A stretch of DNA of 64,000 bases from Ascidiella aspersa. Its lineage: Eukaryota. The notes under the pieces were generated by a model, which saw only the letters and a program-made list of their open reading frames with translations, searched no databases and was not told the DNA's origin. The stretch is taken from NCBI GenBank assembly GCA_963924565.1, contig OZ004613.1:26846001-26910000 (forward strand), read 5' to 3'. Shown piece after piece: positions 59,701 to 64,000 of this stretch (the stretch's first letter is position 1; every line of letters starts with the position of its first letter). The translations under genes were made by a program, and so were the position numbers.

Positions 59701-62386
59701 TCTTTTCGGCATTTTTTTTCATTTCTTATTTATTTATTTGTTTGGTCCAATCGTTTTTAGTTTCAAAAAAATTCATGATGTTTGGAAGTCTACTGAAATA
59801 AGGCAGCACGAAATTACCTCTAGTAGCCTGGGCATCGGCTAAGGTTTTCTCGCATCGCTGGGCGAAGTTGTTTATAAACCAAACTCGGTATTGTGCGCTC
59901 GAGACTTTTTCAGCCCGCCTCAATAAGCCGCCAACTATCAAGTGTCTCTTTGGCTGATGTCACACAGACCCGTGTTACGTCACAATGGCCCCCGTGTCAC
60001 GTGCGCGTCGTTTGAATGGAGACTGATCGGCGGAATTAGATTAGATCAGGATTTGGACTCGCAGCAGAGTTTACGCCATGTGGTCGCTTTTTGTCTTGCT
60101 TTTTTGTCTTGGCGTCGGCAAATCATTTGGGCATACATACCCCGGTGGGTGAAGAATGACGCCCATTCGTGTGGCAATTGTTCACTTATCCATTGTGGAA
60201 CTTTGACCATTTTCATAATCTTTCAACTTGCTATTTTTGCCTACGATTCTTTTACCTCACAAATCACCATCAAATAGTCAAATTTACACAATCTTGATTT
60301 TTGTTTGTTTTTAGTCTTCTGTGTTTTAACTTAGTGCCGCGATTTTTTCATATGAAATAGTTTCCAGGAAAAATGTTTGCCTACGCTGAATGCATTAGGC
60401 ATTATTACGGGTATATTGTTTTGCATTAGGTTGAATAGAACGCTATATTCTGTGGAGTTCAAAACGGTAATTAGCCTAAGCGACGGCAGAGTAAGCAAGC
60501 CTCAGTAATGCTAAATTGCAAAAATCTCAAAAAGTTTGCTTGCAGAGGAAGAGCAACATGCAGTTGTGCAATTTCACAGCATTAACGATATAGTATTTTC
60601 AACGTGGTTATTTTTATCAAAAAAAAATGAAAAAATAGGTTTTCGTGTTTTTTGGAGACAAACCATAAACCAACTGCAAAACACACAATTTCAAGAGATG
60701 TTATTCTTCATGCAATTTCACTTTTCAATCAGCAACCGTCGACTGGATGTTTTCTTAAATGGTAGAGCTCACAAAAGTCCGCCAACACAAACATTCCTAG
60801 CAAAGCTTTATAAGCACGAGCGCACTTAAATCCGTTATCGATCGACATCCAACTGTATGTTGATGTGCCCTTGACAAGCATGTTGTACAACAAGCATGGG
60901 ACGACATTCTACAATGGTAATCAAGTTCAAAGCGTTTCCTCTCTTAAAACAATGTACTTTGGTTGCTAAAGCTCCTAATGCAATCTCTTCGACATTCATG
61001 CAGCCTTTAAATATTGATGTTAGATGCCAACTTCAATTGCTAATGGTGCTACTTTCACCACGTTAATCAATAAAGTGTGCATAATAGTTGGAGGTTGTAG
61101 AAAGGCGTAGTAAGAATATCAACGCCCATACAGAAGTGGGTATTACTTTGAACGTTTCGAATAACTCTTTATTGATGTTGAAAATGAAAAAAGACTAATT
61201 TGAAACATTCAAAATGCTACCTACTTCTGTATGAACTATACAAACGGCGCTGTATGCCGATACAAACGGCGTTAAAAAAGTTCGTAATACAGCCACAGTC
61301 ACACAAGTTAATGGTAAACCACTATGGGAACGCCATTCCCGTAGTGCTGATAAAATCAGTCATGTCCTACACTAAGTCTGTTCGAAAATGTACCCTTGAA
61401 AGAGTCGAATGGATAGAAATTGGATGTTTTTTGTTTGTTAACTGGTTAATCGGTAAAAGGTTAGTTTAGATGTGTTCTGAGGCGTGAATAATAACATGCG
61501 AATTAAGAAGGGCCCTGAGCATAATGGTGACAGGAAGTTGGTGGGAACATAGAATAAACATCAAACCTATTCATGAGCAGGTGGCATACTTTAAACGTTC
61601 AGAACAATGTTGAAAATGAAAAAGGATAATTCAAAACGTTAACGCAATGTTATATGCTTGTGTATTGCTAACGATATTGGTAAAACTGGTTTGTCGTCAA
61701 CAGGTTCAAGTTGTTTTCATTTATTGGTCGCATAGCTCCTCTGAGGTTAATTTTAGTGAGAATTGCAACATTATTGATAGAACAACGTAAAGTTTATTCA
61801 ATCAATTGTAGTTATATGCTTTTTTTATAAAATGAAACACTGCTACTAATTCGTTGCAATCAACAGCCAAATAAGCATTTGTCAAAATTACCACCTCCCC
61901 CCAAAAAAAAATAAAAACTCTTCTGATTTCGCAGCCGAATCCTAACCAGTCGTTAAAAGTACATTTTCCAGATATCGTGGTCGCATTATATTCTCCCGCA
62001 GTGGTGTCGCCTCTCTCGCGCCCTTCGAAGCAGCATTTTGTTTTCCATTTGTTTGCTCAAAGCTTTTACGACGCGCCGGCCTGAAAGCAGCAGCCCTGCT
62101 CTGTCTCCGTCTGAACCCGCAATTTCGGCAAAATACTATGTTTGGGAAGCACCCAGGCGTGACCAGCGCGCCTATTATCTCGGCCGCGATTGGACGAGTT
62201 ATTATCTCCTTTTTTTTAAATGGGCTAAAAGAGGAAAGGAAACCGCGGTGCATCGACGTCGTTTGATGATTTTTAAGGCGCCAAGTCCTAACAAAACCCT
62301 TCGTGTTTAGGATTTAGTAGATAAAACCAATTTAAATAGACAGCATTGTACAAGTATTAAAACCGATGAAAACGTATAACCTACAC

Positions 62387-62672
62387 CAGTGGTTCTCAAC
62401 CCGGGGTGCCGTTTCTAGTGCTCAAGGGTGCCGAGAGATATTTAAGAATCTTTGAGAATCTAATTTTTGCTCTTATAACTCATTTGTGTAGTTATAGAAC
62501 GGAATAAATCCAATTAAAACTTCCTACGTTGTGCAGTTGATGTGTGTTGTTCCAGTTCAGTTTACTGTGACATTCTAGTGATTTACCTACGAAAAAATCT
62601 TGCAGGGGTGCCGGTGCAATCTATTTATTATTACCAAGGTGTGCCGCAAGCCATAAAAGGTTGAAAACCACT
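62387..62672. mobile_element. hAT-type MITE
   Basis: TIRs CAGTGGTTCTCAACC / GGTTGAAAACCACT with gggtgccg subterminal repeats. Confidence 0.7.
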
Positions 62673-64000
62673 TACACTGTTGTTTTTTTAAAATAACTAT
62701 TATAAAAAAAGTCTAGCGGACTTGGGCCACATGACTCAAATGCCGCGAGGCCAGTGGTTCCCGTTCCCAATCGGAGTGTAGCGGAGTTTCTAACACTTCA
62801 GGGTTTTCAAAAATTCAATTCAGTCTTCATTTTTGTAAAACCTGAAAAAAAAATCGGAGCGCAAACAATTGGCCTAAACATTACTCCCGCAATGGTCTAG
62901 GTGCCAAATCAAATTAGTGAGAATTTTCCATTGATCTTTCCCGCGGGGTCAAACGAAGGTCACGACGCGGCAGATTGCCGGACTTTTGAGTGGTCAAAAA
63001 ATCAATTTCGATCTGGTCCGAAAACGCTTATTGCATTACTTGTCGCAATAGCTTGAATATTGATTTCTTTGAGGTTTATTTGCGTATTTTGGAAGAAAGT
63101 TTATCCCTTTTAAACGTGAATAATACAGTTATTCACCCATTGATTTAATAATTGTGAATTTTTGAGTTGTGATAATTTTTTAATGTATGACCTGTGAAAG
63201 TGTTTGAAGTATGAATTAGAGTTAACACTATTTTGGGTAGTAAGAATATCAAAACCCATAGAGAAGAAGGTATCACAAGATACTGTTGAAAATGAAAGAG
63301 TTATTTGAAACGTTCAAAATGCTACCTACTTCTGTATGGGCTTTGATATTTTTCCTACGTCTTACTACAACCTCTAACCATTATGCTCCAGAACCATTTT
63401 TGGTGATGTTCAAATACTTTGTTGTATAAGCAGGATATTTATTTTAACAGAAAATAAACATATAAAGAAGATGATAAGAATTAATTAATATTTTAAATAT
63501 TAAAAGTATCCCCAAATGAAAATTAATGTAAAAGCTATATTCTTATGTTCAGATAGTCGTGTACGATTGATCAGTAAATTTAATTGAAAAAATGGTTTCG
63601 TAAGCATATATCCGTCAGGTGTCGTTCGCACGGGTCACGTGACGATATTCATTCCATGTTGAATAATGCATCATTATGCGTCATAAGCACCTTGACAATG
63701 GTGCCCAAGGCACCGTGTCCACTTTACATCCCGCAATATAACAGCGCCCTTTCAGTTGTGTGAAAAACGCGCAAGGCCGTAATTTGATTCTATTCGTATA
63801 TAGTTTTCTTTCCAAAGTTTAAATGAGATGAGTGTTGTACCGGTAAGTTAGGTGAAGGAGCAATTGCTAGATTTTTTTGACCTGTTGTGCCAAGTGTTTT
63901 GCTAAAAGTGTATTAGACATTTTAAAAAGGGGTACTAGAAAAAGTACGAGAAAAGTACGAGAAAGGCTAAAATGTCAAAAAAAAATTGGACGCTTGACTA

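Noticed and set aside
63788-63804. ATTCTATTCGTATATAG resembling the Ciona spliced-leader exon
   Set aside because: Several mismatches and not followed by a GT donor or a convincing SL RNA structure.
63828-63848. ATGAGTGTTGTACCG|GTAAGT as an alternative first coding exon of the WHD gene
   Set aside because: Phase 0, whereas the WHD exon ends in phase 1; downstream exons are not visible, so it cannot be supported.

Overview
AT-rich, intron-rich animal genomic DNA. An invertebrate chordate such as an ascidian is my inference from the compact gene spacing, patchy CpG content and abundant MITEs; it cannot be proven from this window. Gene order: (1) the last four exons of a divergent TACC coiled-coil gene (+, 103-3604); (2) an intronless phosphoglucomutase PGM1 (-, 5846-7525); (3) a complete 25-exon ARID1/Osa (BAF250) SWI/SNF subunit gene (+, 15079-49022, 6747 nt spliced = 2248 aa by my manual exon assembly, all phases consistent); (4) the first three exons of an NHS/WAVE-homology-domain gene (+, 54951-56728, continuing beyond the window and missed by the ORF track). 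The main non-obvious result is a pair of nearly identical 258-nt H/ACA snoRNAs of the U17/snR30 (SNORA73) family in ARID1 introns 18 and 24 (41322-41579, 48102-48359). They carry m1/m2 motifs, H and ACA boxes and an extra internal hairpin, and each ends exactly 533 nt before its intron's 3' splice site. Non-coding DNA holds hAT- and Harbinger-like MITEs (several with TSDs, some nested), a frequent foldback element, a tRNA-derived SINE, a ~186-bp tandem array and several CpG-rich islands that look regulatory. Most other short ORFs in the track are spurious.
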